A DNA stretch of 64,000 nt from Acidobacteriota bacterium (GCA_003222675.1 QHWT01000062.1:1447-65446); one strand, 5' to 3'. Shown: positions 18,643-28,861, numbered from the stretch's first letter. Numbers and translations: made by a program. The notes: generated by a model not told the origin, from the letters alone.

Positions 18643-20091
18643 CTAGAATTGTACTGTCTCGCGGTGCTCTGGCGCCTTGTGCGCCCAGCCGAGCTCTTTC
18701 TGAATACGTGCGCCGAGCGCGTCCTGCGCGGCTGGCTCGCCGTGCACGATGAACGCCTGCTGCGGTGGACGGGTGAAGCCGTGCAGCCAGCGCAGGACCT
18801 CGTTGGAGTCGGCGTGCGCCGACATGGAATCGATTCGCTCGATCCGCGCGACTACCGGCACCCATTCGCCGTGAATCTTCACGGTCTTCTCGCCGTCGAC
18901 GAGGCGGCGCCCCCGCGTGCCCACACCTTGGTAGCCGGCGAACAGCACCGTGTTCTTCGCATCGGGCAGCGCGGCCTTGAGATGGTGGAGCACGCGTCCC
19001 CCTTCCGCCATTCCACTCGATGAGATCACTATCGACGGCACTCGCGATGCCGTGAGCTGCTTCGACTCCTCTACGTTCGCGATGACGTGGAACCGCTCGG
19101 TGCAGAAGGTGCACACCTCGCGCTCCTGCTGGGCGCGACGCACGCGCACGTCCGCCGGATCATGCGCCGCGGCGTCGTGCGGGGCGGTGTCGTCCTGCAC
19201 CTCAGGGCGCAGCTCCGGATCGAGCTCGTGCATCCGCGCGCTGTAGCGCGATAACGCGGCGGAAGCCATCGGGCTGTCAAGAAAGACGGGCAGCACCGGG
19301 ATTCGCCTTTGCGTCTCGAGCCGCTTGAGCCAGTAAATCAACTCCTCGACGCGCCCGATGGCGAACGCCGGGATAATCAACTTCCCGCCGCGTTGTGCCG
19401 TCTCGGTGACAATCTCCGCGAGCCGCGCGCCCGAGTCATCCTGCTCATGGACGCGATCGCCGTATGTCGACTCGACGAGCAGGACATCCGCTTCGTCCAC
19501 CATGACAGGATCCGGGAGCACCGGACGCCCGAAGCGTCCGAGATCGCCACCGAAAAGAATCGTGCGGCCGTCGACGCGCATCCGTACGAAGGAGGATCCC
19601 AGCAAGTGACCCGCGTTGATGAATTCGATCTCGACGCCGGCGGCAACCGGCATCGGCCGCTCGTACCCGCAGGGCTGCAGTTGTGAAACCGCGCGAAACG
19701 CGTCCGTCTCGCGATACAGGGGCAGCGCGGGCTTGTGTTTCGAGAAGCCGTGGCGATTGGCGTACTCGGCGTCTTCTTCCTGCAGCCGGCCGGAGTCCGG
19801 CAGCACGATCCCGCACAGTTCCTTGGTGCCCTGCGTGCAGAACACACGGCCGCGGAACCCCTGCGCCACGACGCGCGGCAGATAGCCGCAGTGATCGAGG
19901 TGAGCGTGTGTGAGGACGATCGCGTCGAGGTTCGAGGCGCTGAACGGCAGATCCTGCCAGTTGCGCTCGCGCAGTTCCTTCAGGCCTTGAAACAGGCCCG
20001 CGTCGATCAGCACCTTCGCGCCATTTGATTCGAGCAGGTATTTCGATCCGGTGACCGTCCGCGCAGCGCCGAGGAATGTCAGCGTGATCAT
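18643..20091 (-). CDS. MBL-fold metallo-hydrolase with beta-CASP domain (RNA-metabolising type)
   Basis: Start MITLTFLGAARTVTGSKYLLES. THAHLDHCG (HxHxDH) motif. beta-CASP-like C-terminal half. Confidence 0.85.
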   Translation of the reverse strand: MITLTFLGAARTVTGSKYLLESNGAKVLIDAGLFQGLKELRERNWQDLPFSASNLDAIVLTHAHLDHCGYLPRVVAQGFRGRVFCTQGTKELCGIVLPDSGRLQEEDAEYANRHGFSKHKPALPLYRETDAFRAVSQLQPCGYERPMPVAAGVEIEFINAGHLLGSSFVRMRVDGRTILFGGDLGRFGRPVLPDPVMVDEADVLLVESTYGDRVHEQDDSGARLAEIVTETAQRGGKLIIPAFAIGRVEELIYWLKRLETQRRIPVLPVFLDSPMASAALSRYSARMHELDPELRPEVQDDTAPHDAAAHDPADVRVRRAQQEREVCTFCTERFHVIANVEESKQLTASRVPSIVISSSGMAEGGRVLHHLKAALPDAKNTVLFAGYQGVGTRGRRLVDGEKTVKIHGEWVPVVARIERIDSMSAHADSNEVLRWLHGFTRPPQQAFIVHGEPAAQDALGARIQKELGWAHKAPEHRETVQF

Positions 20092-20092
20092 T

Positions 20093-20124
20093 GGTTGTCG
20101 GTTGTCGGTTGTCGGTTGTCGGGG
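20093..20124. repeat. 7-bp tandem repeat GGTTGTC x4
   Basis: Direct reading. It begins 1 nt upstream of the ATG (20091, minus strand) of the MBL gene. Confidence 0.9.
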
Positions 20125-20175
20125 ATGCGGTGCGCGGTTACTGCCTACCGCCTGTGGCGACTGCATACGTCAGCA

Positions 20176-21153
20176 TCACGCGAAGAGCCCTACCTGTCCG
20201 CCGGTGTGCCAGAAGAGCACGGTGCCGCGGTCAACCTCGTGCGAGCGTACCTGCGCGATCAGGCCCGCCATCGCTTTCGCGGTGTAAGTGTGGTCGACGA
20301 AAAAGCCCTCGGCGCGCGCCGTCAGCGACACGGCCTCGTGCGATGCGCTGCTCGACACGCCGTAGCCGTCGCCCACGAACGTGTCGTCGACCTCGATGCT
20401 CGCTGTCGACAGCGATCCGACGCCAATGCCGAGGACGCGCTCGAGATCGCGCAGGATGCGGCGGACTTCCTCCTCGATGACGGCCGACGCGGCGTCGGCG
20501 CTGATGCTGAGCACGCGGGTGCTCAGACCGTGGAGCCGGCATCCGGCGATGAGGCCGGCCTGCGTCCCGCCAGACGAGGAGGCGTGCACGATCACGTCCG
20601 GCGGATCGATCTGCGTCAGCATCTCTCCGATCGCCTGGGCGTATGCTGCGGCGCCGAGCGCGGTCGATGCGCCGAGCGGGATGATGAAAGGGGTGCGGCC
20701 CGCGGTCCGCAGCTCGGCGGCGGCAGCGTCCATGGCCGGTTCTCGCCCGTCGCGCGATTCGACGTATCGCACCTCCGCACCCAGCAGCCGATCGAGCAGT
20801 GCGTTGGCGGTTGGCGTGGCCTGCGGCGAGCCGTTCGCGACGAGCACGCACGTCATTCCAAGCCGCGCCGCGACAGCCGCCGTCGCGCGCGCGTGATTCG
20901 ATTGCACGCCTCCACACGTCACGAGCGTGTCGGCGCCGCGTGCCGTCGCCTCCGCCGCAACGAGCTGCAGCTTGCGCACCTTGTTGCCGCCGAACGCGAA
21001 CGGGATCGCATCGTCGCGTTTCACGAGCAGCGTCGCGCGTCCGCCGAGCGCGGCGCGCAGGCGCGGCATCTTTTCGATCGGCGTTGGCGCGCTCGACAGC
21101 GGCACGCGTGGCAACGACGCCAACCGCTCGATTGCGGCAAGATCGACAGGCAC
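20176..21153 (-). CDS. PLP-dependent D-cysteine desulfhydrase / ACC deaminase family protein
   Basis: FGGNKVRKLQ motif (the Lys binds PLP) and family-typical length of 325 aa. GTG start. Confidence 0.8.
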   Translation of the reverse strand: MPVDLAAIERLASLPRVPLSSAPTPIEKMPRLRAALGGRATLLVKRDDAIPFAFGGNKVRKLQLVAAEATARGADTLVTCGGVQSNHARATAAVAARLGMTCVLVANGSPQATPTANALLDRLLGAEVRYVESRDGREPAMDAAAAELRTAGRTPFIIPLGASTALGAAAYAQAIGEMLTQIDPPDVIVHASSSGGTQAGLIAGCRLHGLSTRVLSISADAASAVIEEEVRRILRDLERVLGIGVGSLSTASIEVDDTFVGDGYGVSSSASHEAVSLTARAEGFFVDHTYTAKAMAGLIAQVRSHEVDRGTVLFWHTGGQVGLFA

Positions 21154-21206
21154 AAGCCGTTAGTATACTGAGGGATCGTGTGCGTCTCGTATCGGGTGTG
21201 CATGTG

Positions 21207-22049
21207 ATGGGTTCGTTGCTGGAAGCGTTGCGATCGAATGAACGTGTCGTCGCGGCGGAGTTGCGGCCGCCGCGGGCGGAGCTGGCGACGGCGGCCAGCA
21301 TGGACGCCTGGATCGATACGTATCACGCGGTGCGCGGGCTGACCCGCCGCGGGACGTTCGTGTTTCTCACCGACAGCGCGGTCGGCTTGCGTGAGGAGGA
21401 CAACCTGCGGCATCTCGTCACGAATCTTGGCGGCGACGTGCCGCGCTCGCACGTCGTGCCGTTTCTCACGTGCAAGCACTCGACGGAATACTGCCTCGCC
21501 TATGCCGACCGGGCGCGGCAGAACGGCTTCGAATCGCTGGTCATCCTTGGCGGCGATCGGCACGTCGGCCCGGCGCGCTGCGTCGAGCACGCATGGCAAC
21601 TGCGCGAGATGATTCGCTCGCGCGACTCCGACCTGTCGCTGGGCGGCTGGGCAAACCCACATGCGGACCCCGCGTCGCAGGTCGGGCATCTCCTCGACGC
21701 GCGCATGACGGCGGAGTTCTACCTCACGCAGATCGTGTCGCACCATAGTTGTGGCGCAGTTGAGCGCTTTCTCGCCGAAGGCACGCGACGCGGCCTGGCG
21801 CTGCCCGGCATGTTCGGGATCTTCTATTACCGTTCGGCGAACCGCAAAACGCTCGAGACGCTGCGCGCGTTCCTTCCTGTGCCCGTCGAGGAGCTCAGCG
21901 CGGAATTCGCGGAGGGTTCGACGCCCGACGCCATCTGTGCGCGCTCCATTCGCGAACTGACAGCCGCCGGGGCGAAGCATTTCTATATCAGCAACCTCCC
22001 GGTCGGCCACGCCGCGGCGACGCTGCAGCGGATCCTGGAGCGCGTATAG
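21207..22049 (+). CDS. methylenetetrahydrofolate reductase-like protein
   Basis: 280 aa from ATG 21207. MetF-like blocks LVILGGD, GGWANPH and YLTQIV. This is a weaker, motif-level call. Confidence 0.55.
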   Translation: MGSLLEALRSNERVVAAELRPPRAELATAASMDAWIDTYHAVRGLTRRGTFVFLTDSAVGLREEDNLRHLVTNLGGDVPRSHVVPFLTCKHSTEYCLAYADRARQNGFESLVILGGDRHVGPARCVEHAWQLREMIRSRDSDLSLGGWANPHADPASQVGHLLDARMTAEFYLTQIVSHHSCGAVERFLAEGTRRGLALPGMFGIFYYRSANRKTLETLRAFLPVPVEELSAEFAEGSTPDAICARSIRELTAAGAKHFYISNLPVGHAAATLQRILERV

Positions 22050-22087
22050 GCCACGCAGACGTTGAACTCAGAGGCCACGGGGGCCGC

Positions 22088-22118
22088 GGACCTCGGACCT
22101 CGAACCCCGGACCTCGAC
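22088..22118. repeat. short tandem repeat GGACCTCG, about 3 copies
   Basis: Direct reading in the 81-nt spacer upstream of the aminotransferase gene. A second word, AGGCCACG, occurs twice at about 22048 and 22070. Confidence 0.75.
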
Positions 22119-22130
22119 TAAGATCATCTC

Positions 22131-23333
22131 ATGGGGCACTACCTCGACTCGGTCCCGTTCTCCGGCATCATTCGCATTCGCGACATGATGTACAGCGTCA
22201 AGGATCCATTCCGCTTGGACCAGGGAGACGTGAGCTTCGACGCGCCGGACACCGTGAAAGCGGCCATGCGCGGCGCCATCGACGACAATCGCAGCCACTA
22301 TCTGCAGACGACGGGCGTGCCCAGGCTGCTGGAGCTCCTTGCGGAGAAGCTGCGGACCCGCAACGGCATTCCAATCGGCGATCCGAGCGAGGTGATGGTC
22401 ACCACCGGCGGCATTCACGCGCTGTTCATCGCCTGTCAGGCGCTGCTCGAACCGGGCGACGAGGTGATCATTCCGGACCCGACCTGGCCGCCGTGCGCGG
22501 GCAACGTGCGCGCGGCGTACGGCGTCCCGGTTCCATGCCCCCTGCACGAACGTCTCGCCTGGCGCTATGATCTGGAAGAGCTCGCGTCGAAAATCACGCC
22601 GAAGACACGCGCGATTTACATCAACTCTCCACATAATCCGACCGGTGGCGTGCTCCGCCCCGAAGATGTCGCCGCGATTGCGGCCTTGGCCGAGCAGCGC
22701 GGCTTGTGGCTGTTCTCTGACGAGGCGTACGAGGACGTGATTTTCGACGAAGCCGCGCACGTCAGCCCCGCGTCACTCGCCGGCATGTACGAACGCACGA
22801 TCTCGTTGTACACGTTCAGCAAGACGTACGCGATGACGGGACTTCGCCTCGGCTACCTCGCGGCGGCGGATTCGACGCTTCGCGAGCGGATGAAGAAGGT
22901 GTTGTTCTACACGGCCAGCAACGTCACGTCCGTAGTGCAGTTTGGAGGCATCGGGGCGCTGGAAGGCTCCCAGGCCAGCGTCAGTGCGTGTCGGGACGAG
23001 TTGAGAGCGCGGCGCGACTTGTTCTATGCCGGTCTCAGGGAAGTCGCGTTCGGCACGCTCGGCGGTGAGCCGCCGCGCGGCGCGTTTTACGCGTTCGTGC
23101 GCATCGACCCCGAGTGGCGCCCGCCGAATGGCGATCGTGGCGCATCGCTGTCGTGGGCGATGACGGAATACTTAATCAGCCAGGGACGAATCGGCTGCGT
23201 CCCCGGCGTCGACTTCGGCGCAAACGGCGAGGGTTACATTCGATTCTGTTTCGCGCGCGACCGCCGCGAACTCTCCGGCGCGCTCGACTCCATGCGGGCT
23301 CTCTTCAGTTCCCTTCCAGCTCGCAGTCGTTAA
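22131..23333 (+). CDS. class I/II pyridoxal-phosphate-dependent aminotransferase
   Basis: 400 aa. SKTYAMTGLRLGY block (PLP lysine), NSPHNPTG block. Confidence 0.85.
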   Translation: MGHYLDSVPFSGIIRIRDMMYSVKDPFRLDQGDVSFDAPDTVKAAMRGAIDDNRSHYLQTTGVPRLLELLAEKLRTRNGIPIGDPSEVMVTTGGIHALFIACQALLEPGDEVIIPDPTWPPCAGNVRAAYGVPVPCPLHERLAWRYDLEELASKITPKTRAIYINSPHNPTGGVLRPEDVAAIAALAEQRGLWLFSDEAYEDVIFDEAAHVSPASLAGMYERTISLYTFSKTYAMTGLRLGYLAAADSTLRERMKKVLFYTASNVTSVVQFGGIGALEGSQASVSACRDELRARRDLFYAGLREVAFGTLGGEPPRGAFYAFVRIDPEWRPPNGDRGASLSWAMTEYLISQGRIGCVPGVDFGANGEGYIRFCFARDRRELSGALDSMRALFSSLPARSR

Positions 23334-23405
23334 GGAGTTCCATCCGCAGGTCGGGATTCGTAATGGCTTCGCTGTCGCATGGGTGTGTCATGGATTGCAC
23401 AGTGG

Positions 23406-24146
23406 TCAGCGAACGTGACGTCCGCCGTCCACGCGAATGGTCTCGCCCGTCACGAAGTCGGTTTCGATCAGGAACAACACCGCCCGCGTGATCGCGTCTT
23501 CACCACCCCACCGTCCGAGCGGCGTGGCGTCTTCCACGGCTTTCATCTCTTCGGGGCTCGTTCCGGGAGGCGCAAGGATAGGTCCGGGGGCAACAGCATT
23601 CACGAGGATCTGATCGCGTGCCAGCTCGAGCGCGAGCGCCTCGGTGAGCGCAATCGCGCCGGCTTTCGCGACGTAGTAAGGAAGGTAGCCTGGATAACGA
23701 GGACGGCCGCTCGAAGCAACCCAGTCGGAGAAGTTCACAATACGGCCGCCGCCGCCGCGCCGCATGTGCGGCACCGCCGCCCGCGCGCATAGAAACGCGG
23801 CGCGCAGATCGATATCGACCACGGCGTTCCAGGCGAGGGCATCGGTGTCCTCGAACGGGATGGCGGAGTACACCGAGGCCATGTTGACGAGCACGTCGAG
23901 CCGCCCGAAGGCATTCGCCGCGGCATCGACGATCGCACGACACTCATCGGGCTGCGACAGATTCGCCGCCGCCACATGCGCGCGGCGCCCGGCCGCGCGA
24001 ATGTCCGCACCGGCGGCCTCCGCCTCATCGCGCGATCGGTTATAGGAGATCGCGACATCCATGCCGCGTCTGGCGAGTTCCCTCGCAACGGCGCCGCCGA
24101 TGCGCTTTGCACCGGTGATCAGCGCGGCGCGGCCAGTGAGATCCAT
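23406..24146 (-). CDS. SDR-family oxidoreductase
   Basis: Start MDLTGRAALITGAKRIGGAVA (Rossmann TGxxxxG). YxxxK as YYVAKAG. Confidence 0.85.
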   Translation of the reverse strand: MDLTGRAALITGAKRIGGAVARELARRGMDVAISYNRSRDEAEAAGADIRAAGRRAHVAAANLSQPDECRAIVDAAANAFGRLDVLVNMASVYSAIPFEDTDALAWNAVVDIDLRAAFLCARAAVPHMRRGGGGRIVNFSDWVASSGRPRYPGYLPYYVAKAGAIALTEALALELARDQILVNAVAPGPILAPPGTSPEEMKAVEDATPLGRWGGEDAITRAVLFLIETDFVTGETIRVDGGRHVR

Positions 24147-24286
24147 CTTTGTTCTCGCGAGCGGTCTACTGCAGCCCATTGCCGGTACCTTGCGGCAACC
24201 TACCCTAGCGCTACCGGTCAAGGCACCTGAAAGACCTACATTACAATACGCAGCAGGCATGATTGGATGCCGCAAGGTAAGGGCAC

Positions 24287-25597
24287 ATGCGCAACAACAG
24301 GCCGCTCGCGAGAACAATAACTCGACGCGCGTTTATCCAGGCGGGGACCACCGGCGCCGCCGCAATCGCGGCGTTCACCAACGACAGCCTCGGCCGCGTG
24401 GCAGCGGCCGCCGGACGCGTGGCCGACCGCGCGCCCGCGGACCTCGCCCGCGATGAAACCTACTGGCGAGAGATCCAGCAGGCGTTCACGCTTGATCGCA
24501 CGATCATCAACTTGAACAACGGCGGGTGCTGCCCGAGCCCGCGGGTCGTCCACGAGGCGTTCAAGCGATATCTCGACATCTCGAACCAGGCGCCCGTGTA
24601 CCACATGTGGCAGATCCTGGAACCCAATATTGAAACGGTGCGCCGCCGTCTTGCCGCGGCCTTCGGGTGCGATCCCGAGGAGCTCGCCATCACCCGCAAC
24701 GCGAGCGAAGCGCTTCAGATCGCGCAGCTCGGGATCGACTTGAAAGCGGGCGACGAGATCGTCACGACAAATCAGGACTACGGCCGGATGCTCGACACGT
24801 GGGACCAGCGCGCGCGCCGCGACGGCGTTACCATCAAGAAGATCTCGTTTCCCGTGCCGCCGCCGTCAATGGGCGATCTCGCCGACCGGCTGCTCGGGGC
24901 GATCACGCCGCGCACGAAGCTGCTCCACTTCTGTCACATCACAAACCTCACAGGACAGATCTTTCCGGTGAGGCAGATCTGCGACGCCGCGCGCGCGAAG
25001 GGCATCAAGACGATTGTCGATGGCGCGCACGCGTTCGCGCATTTCCCGTACACGCTCGCCGATCTCGGCTGCGACTACTACGGCACCAGCCTGCACAAGT
25101 GGCTGCTCGCGCCAATCGGTACCGGCTTCTTGTACGTGCGACGGGAGAACATCGAGTCTCTGTGGCCGCTGACCGCGACGGCCGCGTCGAAGGCGAAAGA
25201 TATCCGCAAGTTCGAAGAGATCGGCACCCACCCCGCGGCGAACCACAACGCCATTGCGGAGGCGCTCAGCTTTCACGAGGGGATTGGCACCGAGCGGAAG
25301 GCCGCGCGGCTGCGCTATTTGAGAAACCGGTGGGTCGACAAACTGAGGAGCAATCCGCGGATTAACATTCACACGAGCCTGGATCCGGCGCAGTCCTGCG
25401 CTATCGGGACCGTGCAGATCACGACCGTCCCGACCGCGAAAGCGGTCCCGCAACTCTGGGACAAGTGGCGCATCATTGCGACGCCGATCGTGCACGCGGA
25501 ATACGAAGGCATCCGCGTGACACCGAACGTCTACACGACGCTCGAGGAGATCGACACGTTCATCGAGGCGATGGAGAGAATCGCCGAAGGCAGTTGA
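24287..25597 (+). CDS. class V aminotransferase-fold PLP enzyme with twin-arginine signal
   Basis: N-terminus MRNNRPLARTITRRAFIQAGTTGAAAIAAF (Tat motif). Class V-like blocks LHFCHITNLTG, DGAHAF and TSLHKWL (Lys). Confidence 0.8.
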   Translation: MRNNRPLARTITRRAFIQAGTTGAAAIAAFTNDSLGRVAAAAGRVADRAPADLARDETYWREIQQAFTLDRTIINLNNGGCCPSPRVVHEAFKRYLDISNQAPVYHMWQILEPNIETVRRRLAAAFGCDPEELAITRNASEALQIAQLGIDLKAGDEIVTTNQDYGRMLDTWDQRARRDGVTIKKISFPVPPPSMGDLADRLLGAITPRTKLLHFCHITNLTGQIFPVRQICDAARAKGIKTIVDGAHAFAHFPYTLADLGCDYYGTSLHKWLLAPIGTGFLYVRRENIESLWPLTATAASKAKDIRKFEEIGTHPAANHNAIAEALSFHEGIGTERKAARLRYLRNRWVDKLRSNPRINIHTSLDPAQSCAIGTVQITTVPTAKAVPQLWDKWRIIATPIVHAEYEGIRVTPNVYTTLEEIDTFIEAMERIAEGS

Positions 25598-25672
25598 GTA
25601 ATCCGGTAATTCAGTAATCGGGTAATTCAGTAATCTGCCCGATTACCAAATTGCCAAAATTACCCGATTCAC
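25597..25672. repeat. simple-repeat hairpin spacer (GTAATYSGGTAATTCA words plus reverse complement)
   Basis: Direct reading. It lies between convergent ends at 25597(+) and 25669(-). Confidence 0.8.
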
Positions 25673-27144
25673 TTGACGGGCTTTCCTTCCGCGTCGAACG
25701 TCTGCACCGTACCAAGCTTCTTCAACGCCGGCTCGATCTTCGACGCGTCACCCACGGCGACAATCTGCAGGCGATCCGCGCCCCAGTACTGTCGCGCCAC
25801 GCGCTGCACATCGGCGGCGGTGATCGCCTCGATACGATCGGGATACTTGTCCCAGTAATCCGATGGCAACTTGTACAAGTAACTCTCGATGTAATTGTTC
25901 AGGATCGCGGTCGGGTTCTCCAGCGAGCGCGCGAACCCGGCGACGATGGCACGCTTGATGTTCGAGAGTTCCTGGGCAGGCACCGGGGTCTCGCGCATCT
26001 GCCGGATTTCGTCCAGCAGATCGGTCAACGCCGGATCCGTCACCTCGGTTCGCACGTCCGTGGAGGCGCTCCACGATCCGCGGAAGCGGCCGGCTGAAAA
26101 TCCGCTGCCCGCGCCGTACGTATATCCCTTCTGCTCGCGCAGGTGCTCGAAGAGCCGCGCGCTCGGCCCGCCGAGCACACGGTTCGCGACGGTCAGCGCT
26201 TCGTAGTCGGGGTTCGTGCGCTCGATCGCTTGTGTCCCTACGACAAGGCTCGTCTGCACGGAGCCTGGACGCTCGACCAGCGACAGGCTCGGACCAGTGA
26301 GCGCGGTGGGATCTTCGGTGGGCGCCATCTCATTGCCCGATTTCTTCCATCCCGCGAGCGCGGCCTCGACCTTCTGCTTCGCCACGGGCAGCGTGATGTC
26401 GCCGGCGATCGCAAGCACCGCGCGATCGGGCACGAAATGCGCCTTGTGAAACTCGACCAGGCGTTCGCGCGTCAGCGCGTCGAGCGACTGGGGTGTTGCT
26501 GAATAGCGCGAGGCCGGGTGATCGCCATAGACGACGCGCTGGAAGCGCTCCTGCGCAAGGAAGCCCGGCTGCGAGCGCTGGTTCATCAGCGTCGCCCGCG
26601 TGCGGTTCTTGTAGCGATCGATTTCCGCCTGGGAGAATGATGGATGGATCAATACGTCGCCCATGATCGCAAGCACCGTGTCGACCGAATCGCTCAACCC
26701 GGAGCCAGACACGGTGGCGAATGGTGAGGCGATGGCGGCGGTGACGTTGACGGACGCCGCAAGGCGATCGAGCTGCTCGGAGATCTGTTCGGACGTCCGG
26801 CTCTCGGTCCCTTCGCGCATGAGCGTTGCGGTGAAGCCGGCGAGCCCGGGCATGTCCTTCGGATCGTAGTAGCCGCCTGCTCCCTCGATGAGGAGCTGGA
26901 AGTTCACAATGGGGGCGCGGTGATCCTCGAGTACCATCAGATGGACCCCGTTCGACAGGTCCGCCTGCTGTGGCTTCGGCAGCGTGACCTTCAGGATCTC
27001 CTTGGAAACCGGCGCCTTGCCCTTCATGATCGTGCCGGCCGCGGTTGATGGGTTCTGCGGCGGTGCGGCGGGCGCCTGGTGCGCCCGGCCGGCGGTCGGA
27101 AGCAGGACCAGCGTGAAAACAGTCGCGGCTACGTAAGCCCTCAC
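25669..27144 (-). CDS. M16-family peptidase, non-catalytic-type subunit
   Basis: M16 fold-length protein with a signal peptide. It has no HxxEH at the expected position (GLAGFTATLMREGT). GTGA overlap with the upstream gene. Confidence 0.8.
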   Translation of the reverse strand: MRAYVAATVFTLVLLPTAGRAHQAPAAPPQNPSTAAGTIMKGKAPVSKEILKVTLPKPQQADLSNGVHLMVLEDHRAPIVNFQLLIEGAGGYYDPKDMPGLAGFTATLMREGTESRTSEQISEQLDRLAASVNVTAAIASPFATVSGSGLSDSVDTVLAIMGDVLIHPSFSQAEIDRYKNRTRATLMNQRSQPGFLAQERFQRVVYGDHPASRYSATPQSLDALTRERLVEFHKAHFVPDRAVLAIAGDITLPVAKQKVEAALAGWKKSGNEMAPTEDPTALTGPSLSLVERPGSVQTSLVVGTQAIERTNPDYEALTVANRVLGGPSARLFEHLREQKGYTYGAGSGFSAGRFRGSWSASTDVRTEVTDPALTDLLDEIRQMRETPVPAQELSNIKRAIVAGFARSLENPTAILNNYIESYLYKLPSDYWDKYPDRIEAITAADVQRVARQYWGADRLQIVAVGDASKIEPALKKLGTVQTFDAEGKPVK

Positions 27145-28487
27145 TGCTGGCCTCCTTTCGGGGCGGCCGCCTTGGGCGTTGTGATGATCACGGAGCGATT
27201 CTCTTCCGTGAGGTACTTGCTGGCCGCTCGCTGCACGTCGGCGGCGGTGACCTTTTCGATACGATCGCTGATCGTATTGATGCGATTGGGATCGTCGTAG
27301 AAGAGCGCGTATTGTCCGAGCTGGATGGCGCGCTGCAGGGTGCTGGTCACCGCATTCGCCGCGTTCCTGCGCGCGCTGTTCCGCGCCTTCTCGATTTCCC
27401 AGTCCGCAATCGGGCCGGACTTCACCTTTTCGATCTCGTCGTATACCGCCTGTTCGACGTCCGCGGGATTCTTGCCTGGCGCGACGGTGGCGAGCGCCTG
27501 GAACAATCCCGGCCCGCGGCTCTCGTCGGGGAACGCCGCCGCGTTCGTCGCGAGCTGCTTTTCACGAACGATCACCTGATTCAGGCGCGAGCTGCGGCCG
27601 CCCGAGAGCACGTCCGACAGCACGTCGAGCGCGTCGCTGTCGGGAGAGCCTGCCGGCGGCCCAATCCAGACGATGTCGACGCGAGCCAGCCGCGCGAGCG
27701 GGTCCTCGATCGTGCTGCGGCGCTCCCGCGTGTGCCGCGGCTCGCTCAACTCCGGCCGTTTCGGCGACGGCTGCCGTGCGATGCCGCCGAAGTATTTCTC
27801 GACGAGACTCATCGTCTTCCTTGTCTCGAGGTCGCCAACGATCGAGACGATCGCGTTGTTCGGTGCATAGTACGTCTTGAAGAACGTCGCCACATCGTCC
27901 ACGGTAGCAGCGTTGAGATCCTCCATCGAACCGATCACCGAGTGCTTGTAAGCGGGATTGTCGTATGCCTGGTTACTCGTGCGTTCGAACGTCTGGCCGT
28001 AGGGTTGATTGTCGACGCGCAGGCGGCGTTCTTCCTGGACGGCGTTGCGCTGGTTGTCCAGGTTCGCCTTGTTGATGTCGAGCGATTTCATGCGGTCCCC
28101 TTCGAGGAACAGCGCGAGCTCGAGCTGGTTGGCCGGCAACGTCTCGAAGTACAGGGTGCGGTCGGCATTGGTCGTGCCGTTCATCGTGCCGCCGTTGTTG
28201 AAGATCAGCGCAGGGTGCTCGCCCGGGCCGACGTTCTCCGATCCCTTGAACATCATGTGCTCGAACAAGTGCGCAAAGCCGGTGCGCCCGGTGCGCTCGT
28301 CAGCAGAGCCGACGTTGTAGGTGACGGCGACGGTGACGGTGGGTGCCGTGTGATCTTCTGAAATGATCACCCGAAGGCCGTTCTTCAGTTTGTTATCGGT
28401 GAAGCTGACCGCAGGTTTCCCGGCGGCGCCGAGACACACGACGGCCGCGAGCGCAGGCGCCAGTGCCCGGCCGATTGCACGAAACAT
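27141..28487 (-). CDS. M16-family zinc peptidase (pitrilysin-like), catalytic-type subunit
   Basis: HLFEHMMFKGS (HxxEH). Signal-like N-terminus. GGGAGG lies 5 nt upstream of the ATG. Confidence 0.85.
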   Translation of the reverse strand: MFRAIGRALAPALAAVVCLGAAGKPAVSFTDNKLKNGLRVIISEDHTAPTVTVAVTYNVGSADERTGRTGFAHLFEHMMFKGSENVGPGEHPALIFNNGGTMNGTTNADRTLYFETLPANQLELALFLEGDRMKSLDINKANLDNQRNAVQEERRLRVDNQPYGQTFERTSNQAYDNPAYKHSVIGSMEDLNAATVDDVATFFKTYYAPNNAIVSIVGDLETRKTMSLVEKYFGGIARQPSPKRPELSEPRHTRERRSTIEDPLARLARVDIVWIGPPAGSPDSDALDVLSDVLSGGRSSRLNQVIVREKQLATNAAAFPDESRGPGLFQALATVAPGKNPADVEQAVYDEIEKVKSGPIADWEIEKARNSARRNAANAVTSTLQRAIQLGQYALFYDDPNRINTISDRIEKVTAADVQRAASKYLTEENRSVIITTPKAAAPKGGQQ

Positions 28488-28730
28488 AAAACCTCCCTGG
28501 AATGAACGAGCAAGCCATCCTACTCCAGGGGAGGACGGTTGTCAGAGGACGGTTTGACGGAACACGGCTGAGGGAGCCGCGTAGGTGCTCGGGAAATGCC
28601 CAGGGGCTGTTCGCCGACGACCCCGCCGACGTTTAAGGTGATAGAGGCCGCAGCCAGGCCGTCGACGAGAGAGTGACCTCGCCGCAAAGCAAGGTAAGCG
28701 CAAAGGGCCGCAGCAGGCCACTCGTGAGAG

Positions 28731-28861
28731 AACAAAAACGCCGCATCCGGTCGGGGGCGGAACGCGAAGCACCCTGCGAAAGTGCTGACGTTGAATCGAT
28801 GGACCCGACGCCGGACCATTCCGGCGCCGTTTCCTGCGATCCGCCCCCGACCCGATGCGGC
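28731..28861 (-). terminator. long branched hairpin followed by a U-run (candidate intrinsic terminator or 3'-end structure of the ompA-like operon)
   Basis: Arms 28740-28760 and 28841-28861 pair at 20 of 21 positions. They enclose two sub-hairpins at 28768-28786 and 28809-28826. On the minus strand the structure is followed by GUUUUUGUU. Confidence 0.5.

Noticed and set aside
24183-24196. CGGTACCTTGCGGC as a sigma-54 promoter upstream of the class V aminotransferase gene.
   Set aside because: The GG-to-GC spacing is one nucleotide too short, and the -24 element is poor.
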